From NCBI GenBank assembly GCA_030265395.1, contig JARFYF010000104.1:25542012-25606011 (forward strand): a stretch of DNA of 64,000 bases, written 5' to 3'. Shown piece after piece: positions 38,301-52,479 of this stretch. This stretch comes from Rhina ancylostomus. Its lineage: Eukaryota. Under the pieces are notes generated by a model that saw only the letters and a program-made list of their open reading frames with translations, did no database searches and had not been told where the DNA came from. Position 1 is the first letter of the stretch; every line of letters starts with the position of its first letter. The translations under genes and the position numbers were made by a program.

Positions 38301-41300
38301 TTCTGCATGCAGCAAGTAAAATCAATTGTAGACTGGTCTGCACGAGCACTCAATGGAACTGCGGAAATTAGAATCTCGCTGAAATCCAGCAAAAGCTATC
38401 AGCCAATCTCGGGACCTGAAGAGAGAGAACGCAGATAAACAAGAAAGCATAACATCGGACGCTGGCAAAAATCATGGGAAAATTCTTGAAGTATATTAAC
38501 GAATTAAAGTGTGAACTGAATGTAATGACCGGAGTGCAAATAGCGGGAAAAGTCAAAGACAACTATTTTAAAGCAAAGTAACCAGTCTGTATAACTTTCT
38601 GGCTTTCTCATTTTCAAAGTCAACAGTCTAAGGCTGCTATGGTACCTCATGATAAGTTTATGAAGACAAAGAACAATTTCAATTTGGCCCCTGGGAGTTC
38701 AGAGCACTACCACAACAGTCTTCAAATACACACATTGACAGATCCACCTAAACCGTATTTCACACAATGTAGTAAAAATAATATTTGTCTTTCTGCTTTC
38801 CAGCCGCTTCTTGCTTGACAGCCGAAAATTATTTTCTTATTGCGCTCCAAAAGCAGCGCTCTAGATGAAGCGGGGTTTATTTGTTTAAAGCAGCGATTTC
38901 ATCCCCAATGTCTGGACGCAAATAACGAGCAGTTTAATAAAAGGTCATTGCAAAGGCTGCTGTAAACCTTCCCGTTTTAATCAAGAAAAGAAAATATGGA
39001 GGAAGTGTATAGAAGAGACTATCAACAGGAAACACAACAATGCTTATAAAATTAACCCAGACTGGCGGATTACTGTTTTCTAAACGAGTTGCTTTAACCG
39101 CTGCATTATATTGGTAAAATATGCTCGTGTTCATTGCCGGCTAGAGACCCATTTCCGAATGCCCACATGAAGAGACCGATCACAGATCCAAATTACAAGT
39201 AAGACACGTTCAAGTGCTGCAGCTAAATATAACCATTTAGCTCATACCTATGCAGTCAGGTCAGCTAATTGTCATAAGAATATATCACCCCTACCGAAAG
39301 CGCCCGAAGGAACCTTCAATTATAATGGATGAACAACCCCGTATAATGAAAATTGGTTCAAGATAATATGGTAATTTAAATATAAATAGTCTACGTAATA
39401 TTCTAAAAGAACAACAGAAGACAAGAAGGAGTATTTTGCAGAAAACCAACTGATTTCTTTTTGTTTTGTCTAAATCACAGGAAGGTAGAACTCTTGTCTT
39501 TCTTTTCAACTATCCCTCAGTGACACCAACTCCAATGCCACTAAAAGTAACCGAGGCATCTCCTTAATTCGGAACGAGCTACATGTCACTGGCCACGGCT
39601 TCCTTCTCCGTTCTTTCACAAAGTTGGCCTGATTGGAGTTTTTCTTCCCTTTGGAAATCTGAAGTTCCAATAAATCAAATGGCAATCATCAAACGAGTCT
39701 GCCAGCGAGTCTGGAAAGTCATGGCTGAAAATAAATAGAAACGAGAAAGGCAGTGTGTTATTGTAGGACCAGGGCTGTTATTAATTAACAATTCTGTCTC
39801 AGCGGTGGCTTTTCAATTTTTTTCCCCTAAATTTTGTCAAAGTGGCAGTAATTGTTTCTCTGCCTGGAGCAGAATGAATTTATTTTCATGTTTTCAAACT
39901 TTTTAAAAATGCCTAGCCGCTCTGGAGTACGTCAGCACACTTGAACGTAATAATAATGTGACGAGCGGCCTTGGCTGTATTCCTGTTGGGATTAGAGTGC
40001 TTGCGGGAATCAGGAACTTTCTCCCTTCTCAACCCACAAGGGAGCCTATCAGAGCCGTATTCACCATTCGCACCAGCTGACGTTGGTTGGGAGATTGGAT
40101 ACCAGGACCTGCGACGGTTTCCGAGTTGTGCTGAGGTTTAAATTGCTATTCGGCGTTGGCATGAAATGATGCGAGAACTGCTGCAAGTGTTCTTCATCAA
40201 CAAAACGCGCATCTCCCCATTATTTCACGCCAGTCTCCACTCATTCCCCACCAATCTCACTCAACAAATACCGAGATGCACGCTTCCAAGTCAACACTAC
40301 GATGCATCAAGCCCTCCATTTCTTCCCAGCAGAAAAGCCTTCACGGTTACCACAATGTGCAGAGGCGTGAGATATTTCTCACCAATAAAGCCACCATAAA
40401 AATGCCCGTTGTCCTCGCAGGCTGCAACTTGGCCACGCGCCTGACTGCAGAAGTTCAAATGAATGTCAGTCGACCCCGCTGAAGTAAGACTGCTCAATGG
40501 AGTGTTAGATGTTTGTCCCCTGGTTCCTACCTTATTAGTACAATTAATCCTTTTTTTGTGCTTCAATAACTGACAACCTCTGTTGGCCAATCGGCGTCTT
40601 CAGCAGCCTTGTTCTTAGCCACCTATATTAAATGGTATCATAATACTTGAAAACAAAAAGATATTCTTAAGTAAGAACCTAACTCCAGACTGTGACTCCT
40701 AATACAAGGGACATTTGTGAGGATATGTACAATCAATGCATCAGATTTTTTACATTGTCCAAATGCTTTATCTCCATGAGAAGACTATGGATGGATAGGT
40801 AGTCCTATCTTGTCTGCGTTAGCATCAGTTGCTGTGGCTCACACAGAGTGATAATGAGACAATTGGGAACAAATAAATGAAACAATTCTGAATGCAACAA
40901 TACAAAGCAAATGAGAACCATATAAAGGTGAGGTGATATTTCCTGTTAACATACTATTGCAAAGGTCCGTTAAATGAGAAAGACTGTGATAATCTTTATG
41001 GTTAGTGTCCAATTAAAGTAATAAGCTTTAATCGTCCTCCAATTGTCGAATTAGATGCTATATGGATGTTAATGAAACCATACTTAGACCTTTTAAAACG
41101 AAGGAGTAATCCTGCATTGGGAAATTGTGGATTTTTCCCCAGCAATTACTGTAGGGAATTGGGCTAAAGCAAATACATAATTTTAACAGCAAAGCTATTC
41201 ATGCAATTTAAGTGAGCACTAAGTAGTACGTTCCCTTTTTTTCATTCCAGAAATGAGCTCAATCATTTGAAGATGACGGAGATGAAATGTATATACCGTT

Positions 41301-41719
41301 ACTGGTGACAACAAATGTTAAATTGGAATACAATGCAAGAGACTTTGCCTGGCTGGAAAATGATAGGGAGAACAGCCATGCTCTGTTTTAACCTTACATC
41401 ACCACACCAATTATTCTCAAAAATAGTTTGCAAAGCATTTTGTGATGAACACTGAATTCCTTTATAAACTTGTAATATTTCTGGAGGGCAATTGGATCAA
41501 CAAACATGATCATCCTTTAAAAATAAGATTTTTAAATACTATGTCCGCTTATATGTTGATTTTTTTGATGGAGTAGAGTCATTTGGATATGTTGTCATTT
41601 TGAGATCATATTCCCTTTTTCCTTTGCCTTTTCTATGAAAATGATTGATATCATGACATGCTTTGGTCTGCAGATTAATCTGGATAAAGATAATTAATCC
41701 TTAGTAAAGCTATAAACAT

Positions 41720-42900
41720 ATTCCATATTATCCTGAACTGAGAAGAGGTGGAAAATCAGCTACAAAGATTAATAGATGAGGATAGACCTAAGTTTGATGA
41801 TCCGGACAAGAACCTTGGAGCCACAATTGAGAATTTTTAGATGACAGCAAAACTGGCAATGTGCTTGATCATGAAGAACACATCCGTAATCTATAGGAAA
41901 TTATCAGTAGATCTGTGGGCAAAATGTGTCAAAGATAGTAAAGTAATGGTGCAGTCTGGACTAACAATGAAGTGATGCAAATCCAAATCCCAATAATTAA
42001 GTTAAATTCAGTTCAAATTTGGAGTTTAAAAAATAATTTGCAGCCTTGACAACCATACAACTACCAAATTGTAAAAAAAGCCTATTGAGTTGACCAGTGT
42101 CCTTCAGGGAAGGAAATCTGCCAGCCTTACCCAGTCTGGCCATATCTGACTCTGGATACACTGATGTAGTTGACTCTCAGTTCCCTTCTGAAATGGACTA
42201 GCAAGCCAGGGAGCTGAGGGTCAGTTGGTGATGGGCAATGGGTACTGGCTTCGGTATATGAAAAACTAATAAATTAAGAAAATGGATTTCAATCTAGAGA
42301 AGTTTTTGGCAGCAGTTTTGGTCAGGACAACCAAACTAAGGGAAGATAAAATAAATGGAAAGATGTTAAGAAGAGTGGAAAAACAGAGGGATTTTGGAAT
42401 GCACACCCCAAAGGTAGCAGCACAGTGAGAGAAGGTGGTCAAGAAGGTACACAGAACATGTTCTTGGTTGAGGCATACATTGTAAGAGTGGAAAGGTTAT
42501 CAAAGATTTTTAAAAAATATTCAGCCTGCAACTGGTGCACTGTTTATAGTTTGGTCACCAATTTACATGAACAACAAAATAGACTTGGAGAGGGTGTGGG
42601 GGCAATGTAAAGATGTAATTGAGGGTAGATAATTTTAGACATGAGAAGAGATTGACCAGGTTTGGCTTGTTTTCTTTGGAACAGAGGGGGCTGAGGAGGG
42701 ATTGAATTGAGACATGTATTATGAAAGATAAGAGAGGAGGAATGGGAAAGACATTTTTATTGCTGAAGAAGTTAATTGATCAGAGTAGCTGATGAGAACA
42801 ATGATAACCTGAAACCTCGAGCTGGGAAATAGAAGGCATCAAAATGGCTCTCATGTTGGCCGGCAAGAACCCAATGGGCCAAATGGGTGTGATTCAATGA
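41720..42900 (+). mobile_element. Decayed CR1 RT/3' region with a nested SINE at ~41990-42280
   Basis: tttttagatgacagcaaaactggc (FADDTK-like), tttggtcacca (FWSP), ttgttttctttggaacagagggggctgaggaggga (LFSLE.R.LRG); the SINE carries gtccttcagggaaggaaatctgccagccttacccagtctggcc. Confidence 0.75.
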
Positions 42901-43394
42901 TTTAATGATTAATGTTCTAACCCCACAAATAAATCTAGAAATAAAACACAGCAGATGCTGAAAATATGAAATAAAAACAGAAAATGCTCAGAATATTCAG
43001 TGAGACTGGCTGTATATGTGGAGAAATTTCAGCTCAAGGGCTTGAAATCAGATATCTCCCCAGCTATGATGACATTGAATATTTGAAGAATTTTCTGTTT
43101 TTATTCCACAAATAAATGGCCTTCCAACAACCACTGCCTAGCTTTAAACAAAATAGTCTTCGTAAGTATATTTCTGTTCCAGGGAAAAGTTGGTGTATTC
43201 TAGCTAGGATCACAAACTTCAGGAGAAACAACCAATATGGTAATTGGTAATTGGTTTACTATTATCACATGTACCAAGGTACAGTGAAAAACTTTGTGGC
43301 AAGACAAGAGGGAGCCTAACTTTCCTTTCAGATCCAGATTTTACCTTGACCAGTTGCCCATCATCAACATCATGAGAAAAGCAGTGCCTGGAAA

Positions 43395-43458
43395 ACTCAG
43401 CAGATCAGGCAGCATCTGAACATGATCACTCAGCAGATCAGGCAGCATCTGAACATGA
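43395..43458 (+). repeat. Tandem duplication, period 33 bp, 2 copies
   Basis: actcagcagatcaggcagcatctgaacatga at 43395 and 43428. Confidence 0.95.
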
Positions 43459-46400
43459 CCTTTTTTCCAAGTAATGAGCAAAAATATTAGAGAAGCTCAT
43501 AATTACTCTGGATCAGGTTAATTAGCCCTCATCTACCTATCTAGCCATCCATCCTCCACCAATGCACAGAGTAGTTACAATGTGCACTGTCTCCAGAATG
43601 AACAACAAGAAGTTACCAAGGCATTTGCAGCAGCATTTCCCAAACCTACAATTTTCACCAACCAGAATGAGAAAGCTGCTTGGGGTAAATGGGAAACATG
43701 AGACAATGATTCATATTGTCCTGGCTTGGACATATATTATCATTCCTTTAATGTCATGGATCAAAATCTTGGAACATAGAAACAGAATTGGGTCATTCAT
43801 TTCCACACCATCATAATGAATATATTAATGATGTTTTGTGCGAATCTGCACCTCATCTTAACTTACCTATTTTAACCCCATAGCCCTTGACATCAGCAAG
43901 TGGCTAGAAACGATAGATCCCAGCCTTGAACATTTAAGGTGTCCCTACTTTCACCATTATTTTGTTTTCCACTACTCAGTGCACAGAAACACTGCTCCTT
44001 GATTTCACTTCTAAAAGAATTAGGTCTGAGTTTAAAATTATAGCCTTTATTCTACATTCTCTCATTCTGTATTCTATGCTATTGGAAACTTTTAGCATAA
44101 CCAGGTTCCAAATTTGATCCCGTCCATCTTCTAAACTCAAGATGTATATGTCCATTTATTATAATTTACACTTTAAGCCCTGGAGCACTTTTCCTATATT
44201 GTGGGAGCACCTTTTGGCTGTTTCAGCACTTTTTCAGAACAATAAAGGATTGGCAATCCTCACAGTGACTTCCATATCCAAAGGATTAATTTAAAAGGAG
44301 TCTCAGTACTACTCTTGTGATATTTCATTGTCAGTGGGGATGGAAGGGGATGGGGAGGGGAATAGGGCAAGACAGGAGAAGTTAGAGGCAGCAGTCAGTG
44401 AGGAAAGGGTGCTTATATCAGAAAATAGAGAAGACGGATGAATTTTAAATTAAATTTTAAAGTATTTTATGAAGCAACCTTTGAATAAAAACAAATTGAC
44501 TTTAGCATATTTCAGACGTTTATCCTGATATTCATTTACTGAAATTAAATTTTAATAGCCCCTTTCTTATCTCCAGATATACAGACTGACACTACCTAAC
44601 TAGAAATCAATATTCAGCACAGTGAATGCAATTGGCTCTGGCTGAGCAGTTCAAATGGGGGGCAACAAGTGTTTGTAAGATGAAATTGTGCCCTGGAGGC
44701 AGGAAATTTTGATCCAGAGCAAGTTGGCAGCCAGAATATTTGCACTGTTTACACAACCACAACTTAACTGAGCACAGCTGATGACTCCCCACAAAAATGA
44801 GTAATTACTAGCATGTAAAAGGAGCGTACAACACTGAAAGGTTGCTCTGGGAAAAAAAAGCTTTATGGCGCTGATGAAGAAGTACCAAAGCAGAGTCACA
44901 TGAGTGGCACTGGTGCTGTGTTTTTTATATATAAAAAGATTACAAATGTAAAGGTTTGCACTGTTTTATTGTTGTATATAGTTTCTTTTTTATGATGAAT
45001 AAAGTTTATTTTGGATCAAAAAAAACTTTATGGCTCATTTTATATACATCCAGAAGGTTTGTTCCATGATTGCAAATAAGCAAGCAGTAATGCTCAATTG
45101 CTAAACTTTTCTCTGTCTCATTTTTTTAGTTTCCCATTTGATCGCAAAATTACATTTCACTGGAATTAAAATTATATTTGCAAATTTCATATAAATAGTT
45201 AACATTGCATTTGGCTGAACTCGCCAAATAGTCAATTGATTCATTGACTCAACAAATTGAAAACAGCACTTGTTCCAATGAGAAGTAAGCAACAAGTTTT
45301 TTTAAAAATGAATGATGCATCTTTGAAGAGAAAAACAAAGTTAATGTTTCAGGCTGATGAAAGCTCATCAAACTCATTGATAGGATAAGTCATAACTACT
45401 CAAAATCTTGGGTCTCTTTCATTTTTTTCCTAATTACTATTCATTATTTTTCTTACCATGAGTTTCACTTTGCACAGGATTCTATTAAATTTCAGATTTA
45501 TTTGCCCCAACTGCTTGTATATCTTGTCTAATTCAGTTTTTAAGTTCTAAGATGCCCCTTTCAATTNNNNNNNNNNNNNNNNNNNNNNNNNTGAATGCTG
45601 TTCATCACATTAATGAGAAACAACTCATTGACTTCTGTGGAAGGAGGTTCCCTTGGTCGCCTTCTCCTTTAGTGTAGCTTAACCCTAAGTGTTTTGCTCA
45701 GTTCTTCTTCACTGAATTGCACATCACAGAAACAGGCCCTTTGGCCCACAAAACCCATGCCTACCTAATTGTCCATCTGCACTAATCCCATTTGCCCACT
45801 TAGGACCATATCCTTCATCAAGTTAGATGTGGTAATGAACTAAGTGAAAGCCCATAACTGTGGGATGGCAAGAATGGGATTTCTTGCTTGAAGCTGAAAG
45901 GCAGTTTCCACAATCCTTTCATAATTGCATAGGCGAGAAGAGGTTTTTATAATTACTTAATTCAAAGATGATAATCCATGCAAAGCTTCTGGTCATTAAA
46001 AGATTATGTACTCAATCATTTTCTCTTTTCCTACATGGAAAACTTGTTGTTTCTTATTTCTACAAGCCTTAAAAATGTCCAGAGCTCTTATGATATAAAT
46101 GGTGGATTTTCTGATTGAGTAGATTCAGCTTTCATCAAGTGTTAAAATAATTTGAGCTGGAATAATTTAGCCACAAATTCATTCAAGGTACACATTACAT
46201 ATCAGTGTATATTCTCCATCAATGTACATTGTACTATGCATTCCTGATATATGCCATAGAATAAAATCAGTAGTAGAGCATTGCATTGTGTATCTCGCAC
46301 AGTCCAGGTGCTCCACACATCAGCGCAGGGATGACTTTATCTCATTTCATAACCAACTCATTTGCCTGATTATTTGCACTCCTACTAAACAGTGCATGAC

Positions 46401-46719
46401 ATATTAGGAAGAGCTGGAGTTACAGGTGGCAGCAGCTAATCAAAGATTGCTGGCTAACTGTTCATGGAATTATCAGCTCATTATTCCAATGCCAGGTCTT
46501 TGACAGATTTGCCCAATTTAGCCTCATACACCAGTATTTTCTCCAACATCCTGAAAACTAATATGTCTCTATTTCAAATCCAATGTTCTTTTGGAATTCC
46601 CAACAGAATTTGTTCACATCTTAATTCATTCACAGGATGATGATGTTTCTGGTAAATCTGGCATATTGTTATCTCAAATACAAAGAGGGAGTCAGGGATC
46701 AAAAATTCCATCCTTGAGA

Positions 46720-47015
46720 GAGATCAGAGATATCTTTATTAGTCACATGTACATTGAAGCACAGAGTGAACTGCATATTTTTGTGTACTGTTCTGAGGGC
46801 AGCCTGCAAGTGTTGCCACTCTTCCAGCGCCAACATAGCATGCCCACAACTTCCAAACCTGTAGGTCTTTAGAATGTGGAAGGAAACCAGAGCACCTGGA
46901 GGAAACCCCCACAGATGCGGGGAGAATGTACAAACTCTTACAGACAGTGGCTGGAATTGAACCTGGGTCACTGGCGCTGTAAAGCATTACACTAACTGCT
47001 ACACTACTGTGCCTG
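46720..47015 (-). mobile_element. V-SINE, full length; followed by a second SINE fragment at ~47040-47215
   Basis: Colinear reverse-complement match to 9030-9343 (tail, V-domain, B box ggaattgaacc). Confidence 0.9.
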
Positions 47016-49440
47016 CCTTGAGCAGATGTTCTTTTTGATGACAATCCAGTAGTTTCATAATTACCACTGCTGAGACTATTGTTTTTAAAGTAAAATCCAG
47101 ATTTACTTCACTCCTTGTATTTAAATTGCCTCACTGCCATGGCAGGATTTGAATGCATGACTCTGAATGATGAACTCTAGATGTTAGTCCAGTAAATTAA
47201 TTGCCGTGCTACCTCACCCCTCCATTTTTAGATATTTTTTCCTGACATTAACAACGCACTCACGAGAGGAAAGATTTTTTTCTCAATTTCTCTTTCAAAG
47301 TTTCTGACCTGAATACATCTCCCCTTAACTTAATCTTCTTGAAGGTGATTCTTCATTCTCTTCATATTCGTCATTGTTCATCTCCTTCCAGCACATCTCC
47401 TTTGTACTCTCTCTGAGGCCATAGCATTTATCCTAAAATGTTTTCTAATGCTTTGTTAATACTTATCCTGGTATCTCTCTGCCTATGCAAGGTCCCTTTG
47501 CTCATGTATCCTGCTCAAAATAGTGCTGCTTAAATTATACTCCATGTTGTTACTTCCAAAGTACAACTTCTCATACAAAGAGCACCTACAATGTATACTT
47601 TGCCAGTCTGTTCCTGTCCTCCTGAGGTCTTCTAAGACCTTCCTCTGTATTTGCTACATTTCCGAATGTTGTATTACCTGCAAACATCAAAATTATATTC
47701 CCTATAGCGAAACCCAGATCATCTGTATATAACTAGGAAAACAGTGGTTCAATCACCATTCCCTGAAAAACCCTTATTTTCTATCTCCAGTCAAAAAATT
47801 AATTTGTTTTCCACTATCCTTTTCCTCTCACTTAGGCTGTTTTTCAGCATTGTTCTTTTGATCCTGTTTGCTCCCATTTTGTGAATAAGTTTTCTAGATG
47901 TTATATTTTGAATGACACAATAGCATTATTTCTATCAATCCTTTCTGCCATTACATAAATAACTTCATCAGGTTACTTCAATATGAATTGGGGGCATTAA
48001 TAAATATTTCTCTGGCTGAAAATTAATTTTGCCTTTAACAATGGCTTCTAGTTGTTTTCCCATGAATAATATTAGAGCTTTTGGTTACCAGACACATCTC
48101 TTCTCCAAATTTTGAATAGGTGTGTAATGTTCCCAGGGACGTGGGGGAATTACCTGACAATGAGCGAAAAGGGGAACAGAACAGGGAGCACAAATATGCT
48201 ACAGGAATGGGATANNNNNNNNCAGTGCTACTGATGTTTTTAAACTTTGGATTGGGATCTTCTTTCTGTTCCCATTCTAAATAGATGATCAAGCTCTGTA
48301 CTGGGATTATTGAGGGACACTTAATTAACTGACTTCAAAAGCCATAATAAGACATGTGGGTTCCCAATACCTTTTATGCTGGAGTTGGGATTGAGGTCTT
48401 TGGATTCCAACCCTAATAATTCAAGAATAGGCATAATGTTGCTCGGTGTAATCAATACTTGCTGTCATATTTTGCCCCCACCATGCACACTTAATACACA
48501 CTTCCTTTTGGACAAGCAGAGTTCATGAAATTATGGTGCTGTTTGTCTTTCATTACAGTTGGAGCCATTGTGTAGCTGCCTATGTTTGTGAAAATGCCAA
48601 TTTGGAAATGTTATGATATAATGACCAAAAGGTAAAAAAAAATTTACAGAAAGTTCCAGTTAATGGAGTTTCTATTACCCCAAGGGCATAATTACCCTGC
48701 CATTTTCATATCAATGCAAAATTGCTTTTGGGTAAGAGTGATATAGATCCCAAATGAATAAAGAACACAATATGATTATGTTTTTCCTTTAGGTTAAACC
48801 CCATCACTTGAACAAGGTATAAGTTTCATGTGATGAAAAGACAAGTTTCAAAAGTGCTGCCATCCCTATAGGGCAAAGGCGAAATTTATAAATTTACTCT
48901 TGTATTATTTTAATATTATGAAAACATTTACTGGCTGGGGAGCAGAACTTTGTGAATGCATAGAGGTATATGCACCCAAAGGTCTTTCCTGGTGGGTACA
49001 GTATGGTTCAAAGCTCAGAATAGGTTATTAATATTGTTAGCTGCATTTTATGCCTTGGAATTTTTAGTGTCTGAGCAGCAATGCAGTATAATGCCAACAT
49101 GACTAATGTGATGCAAAACAGAAATATCTGTTTGCCTTCTATGTTCTCTGAACATGTCTTTCAAATCAGTTATGTTGGTCAATCCAGTATGCTTTTTCAT
49201 ACTGTGATTCTATCATCAAACTTTGGCCCAGTTCTGTTCCCTGGCTTGAACAACATACATTCAGTGTCATGGTTCTGAGTTCTGGCCCTCAATTTGGCTC
49301 CATTAATGCCTTGTTGTACAGCACATGGATTCCATGCTGGNNNNNNNNNNNNNNNNNNNNNNNNNNNNNNNNNNNNNNNNNNNNNNNNNNNNNNNNNNNN
49401 NNNNNNNNNNNNNNNNNNNNNNNNNNNNNNNNNNNNNNNN

Positions 49441-49517
49441 GTATTCTGACTCCAGTCTTGTATCAGTGTGCCGCATTTGGGTTCTCTGTGAGTTTGCTCT
49501 CGATCAACATTGTGACA
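49441..49517 (+). repeat. Terminus of an unidentified interspersed repeat (LTR-like), with an inverted copy at 61737-61809
   Basis: gtattctgactccagtcttgtatcagtgtgccgcatttgggttctctg...caacattgtgac matches the reverse complement of 61737-61809; both lie at or within ~20 bp of N gaps. Confidence 0.8.
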
Positions 49518-51049
49518 TTCAGATGTGAATGCTGGGATTAAACTTCTACTTGAGGGTCAAATCTTTTGCACATTATTAAATTGAACTTAAACAGGAGAAG
49601 GATAGGATCGGTGTACATGAAGTTTCTAGTAAAGGACCAACATGCTGAACTTGATCTGTACATTCAACTATAAGTAATGCTCACTCACCTACTATTTGAT
49701 ATCAAACAGACAGGCAACACAGTATTAGTTATTAAATCAAATTGACCGTGCAAAGATAAAATTGGAGATAGACAGATAGATAATTAGGCAAATAAGGTGC
49801 CTGGCCATGCTGAAGTCCAGTATAATTTCTCAAGACACAAAGCCGAATGTTTAAAAGTGTCTGCAGACAAAGAGCTAAGGGGTAATGTTTTGTAGCTTTG
49901 GTGAAGCTCCTGACCAGTGCAGGTGCCAATGTCCACCCAATTTCCCTCACTGCATGTGCACCAACTGGGCAAAATAAACCTTAAGAACTAAACAACACGA
50001 AGGACCTGAAACATTAACTCTGTTTCTCTCTTCCCTACTGGTGCCTGGCCTGCTGAGTGTTTCCAGAATTTTCTGTCCTTATTTTAAATTTTCAGCATCT
50101 ACAGTTTTTGCTTTGACAATATTTTAGCTATGATGCTGAAGACCCATGGATTAGACCAGACAGTAACACAGAAGCAGTGTCTAAACTAAGTGATTACATA
50201 TGCATTTACCCAACAATGTGAATTTTTTTCCCCAGCATATCCTAGTCAGAGAAATCAGGATAAATGTAACTTGAATGCAACCATCCTATCAGCCTCTTTC
50301 CAATTATTGGTAACAACATGGAAGGGGAAGTAATGGTGGCACCAAGAAAACTTGCTCACAAGTTATCTCTTCAGCCAAGCTCAGTTCTGCCAAAACCACT
50401 TGGCTGCAAACCCCATCACAACTCTTATCTAAGTATGGAAAGAAGAGATGAATTCAGAAGAAACCTGCCCTCACTTAAAACAGCATTTAACCATCAAAAG
50501 TATGAAAAAGGTGTTAAAGTTGACCCGCGCTTCTGGAAAGAATCAGACAACAGCAGAACCAAAGAACTTGCGATAAATGCATTATTAGCTTTTCGCTAGC
50601 GGGCGTGGGATAATACAGAGTGTGAACCATGTAACTCTAACTCTATACCGAGACCACTCAAAGAAGGCTTGGCTACAATGCATTTTTATACCCTTTTTTG
50701 TGGGAAAGCAATGTGAGAAACTACACTTACACAGGCAATTGTTTATATACAGTTTCAAACATAACAAGATATAGGTAAAAAAACTACTTCTTCCTACTTG
50801 CACCTGCTATTAAAACTAGATATAACTAACCCACATTATATGAAGTTATCCTTTACCTTGAAAATCCTTTCAGAGTGAGAATCATACTAAAAAAAAGCAT
50901 ACCATTAACCCTTACACTGCCAGTTGTCAACCCTTGCTTTCCCAGCTATCTTTCACAAAGGCCTAGCAAATTTGTTGTCAATGTGAGTCAAAGAGAAATG
51001 CTACTAGCCCTTGGAGTTGCCCCTAGTGCAAAATAAGATGTGAAAAGCC

Positions 51050-51420
51050 ATTTATTATCTTCCCAAGAGATCATCACTAGGATTCCCACTGGTTACATTC
51101 ATGGTCCAATCATCTTCAACTGTTTCACTTATCAACTTCACTTCCTAACAAGATCAGGAATAGTGCAAGTTACTGATGAATCAACAATATTTAGCTTTAT
51201 TTCCTCTTCTGCTCTTAATATGGTTGTCCATCTTAATCTACAGCCAGTCCTGGATAACATCCAGTCTTGGGCTGACAAGTGGCAAATAACATTCAGGGCC
51301 AGTAAATGTCAGTGGACAATAACATTCAGGAGCCCAGTCATCTCCCTTTGATTTTCAAAGTTAACACCAATAGTGAGATATCCATGATCAACATCCAAAG
51401 TGTTACCAAAGACTATTAGC
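51050..51420 (+). mobile_element. CR1/L2-group LINE RT fragment
   Basis: ORF 51040-51351: IPTGYIHGPIIFNCF...VTDESTIF...LDNIQSWADKWQITFRASKCQ corresponds to PQGSVLGP..F / FADD / DLD.I..WADKWQ..F...KCQ. Confidence 0.85.
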
Positions 51421-51594
51421 TTGACTGGAGTATCTATGCTATATATCAAAGACCTCCTCAGCTGTGACTCTACACATGACAACTCCAAGAAAAATGCATG
51501 GAGCAGCACTGGGAACATTACATTGCTCTTTTTCAACATCCTCAAAGTATTTTACTCTATCATTTGGGCAGGACAGTGAAATACCTTCTGTCAA

Positions 51595-51810
51595 TTTATC
51601 TACCCACTGAAATTTGTCATCATTTTACATTTATTCCATGATGACAGGCAAGCCAGGACAACAACAAACAGGTTTACAATAGAGCCAATCTCAGTGAAAA
51701 CCAGTATCAAACAGGGCTGTGCCATTGCCCCAAAACTTGTCCCAATTATTTTCACCACAATGTTGCACCTTGCCTCCAACAAACTTCCCAAGGGAGTGGA
51801 GCAATTCACT
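51595..51810 (+). mobile_element. RTE-clade LINE RT fragment
   Basis: Reads KFVIILHLFHDDRQA...PISVKTSIKQGCAIAPKL...MLHLASNKLPKGVE (cf. RTE GVKQGCVIAPTLF). Confidence 0.85.
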
Positions 51811-52479
51811 GACTAATCTGTCTGCTGGTCTCCTATGCTGCTCTACAGCATCATGGCAATACTACTAGACCAAGCACTGACATATGTTATATTACATTGA
51901 AAGCTATTTCAATGTGCTTTTGAAGAGGTGTGATCTGCAGGGTTATGGAACATTTTCCAGTTCTGGTCATTGACTCAAAACACTAGCTCTGTTTCTCTCT
52001 CCACAAATGCTGACTAAACTACTGAATGCTTGCAGAAAATTTTATTGTTGAGATTGAATGTTAAAATCCAATCACACAGCACTACTTACAGAGGATATCC
52101 CAAGGAAATAAACAATCTGCTGGAGGAACTTAGTGGGCAGAACAGCATCTGTGTGAGGAAAGGAGTTGTCGACGTTTCGGGTCGAAACCCTGCATCAGGA
52201 CTGAGAGTGGAGAGGCATGATGGCCAGTATAAAGAGAAGGGGAGTGGTGATATAGGAGTCCAAGGTGATTGGTGGACTGAGGAGGGGTGTAGGGTGATAG
52301 GCAGGTTACATTAGATTGCGGGGGGGGGGGTGGTGAAGTTGGGAGACAGTGCCAATGAAAGGGAGAGGAAGGCAGACAAAGACAGAAAAGAAACGAGAGG
52401 CAGATGCAGCAATGTGGGGAGATGGGAGTGTGGAGTATGAATATCCCAAGGGGGCATCCAACAGGGGTAGATCTTAGAA

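Larger units (their letters stand above)
22070..41300. other. Broad CpG-retaining (putatively hypomethylated) domain A
   Basis: Hand counts: 12 CpG in 28201-28440 versus 1 CpG in 1-600. Repeat-poor apart from the CpG-poor CR1 at ~30.6-32.9 kb; AT-rich, so not a classic GC-rich island. Confidence 0.8.

Noticed and set aside
50318-50599. 93-aa ATG-initiated ORF with protein-like composition
   Set aside because: No recognisable homology or supporting gene structure; this length is expected by chance in 64 kb.
51016-51032. CTCF-like gcactaggggcaac on the minus strand
   Set aside because: One G short of the core spacing and no supporting context.
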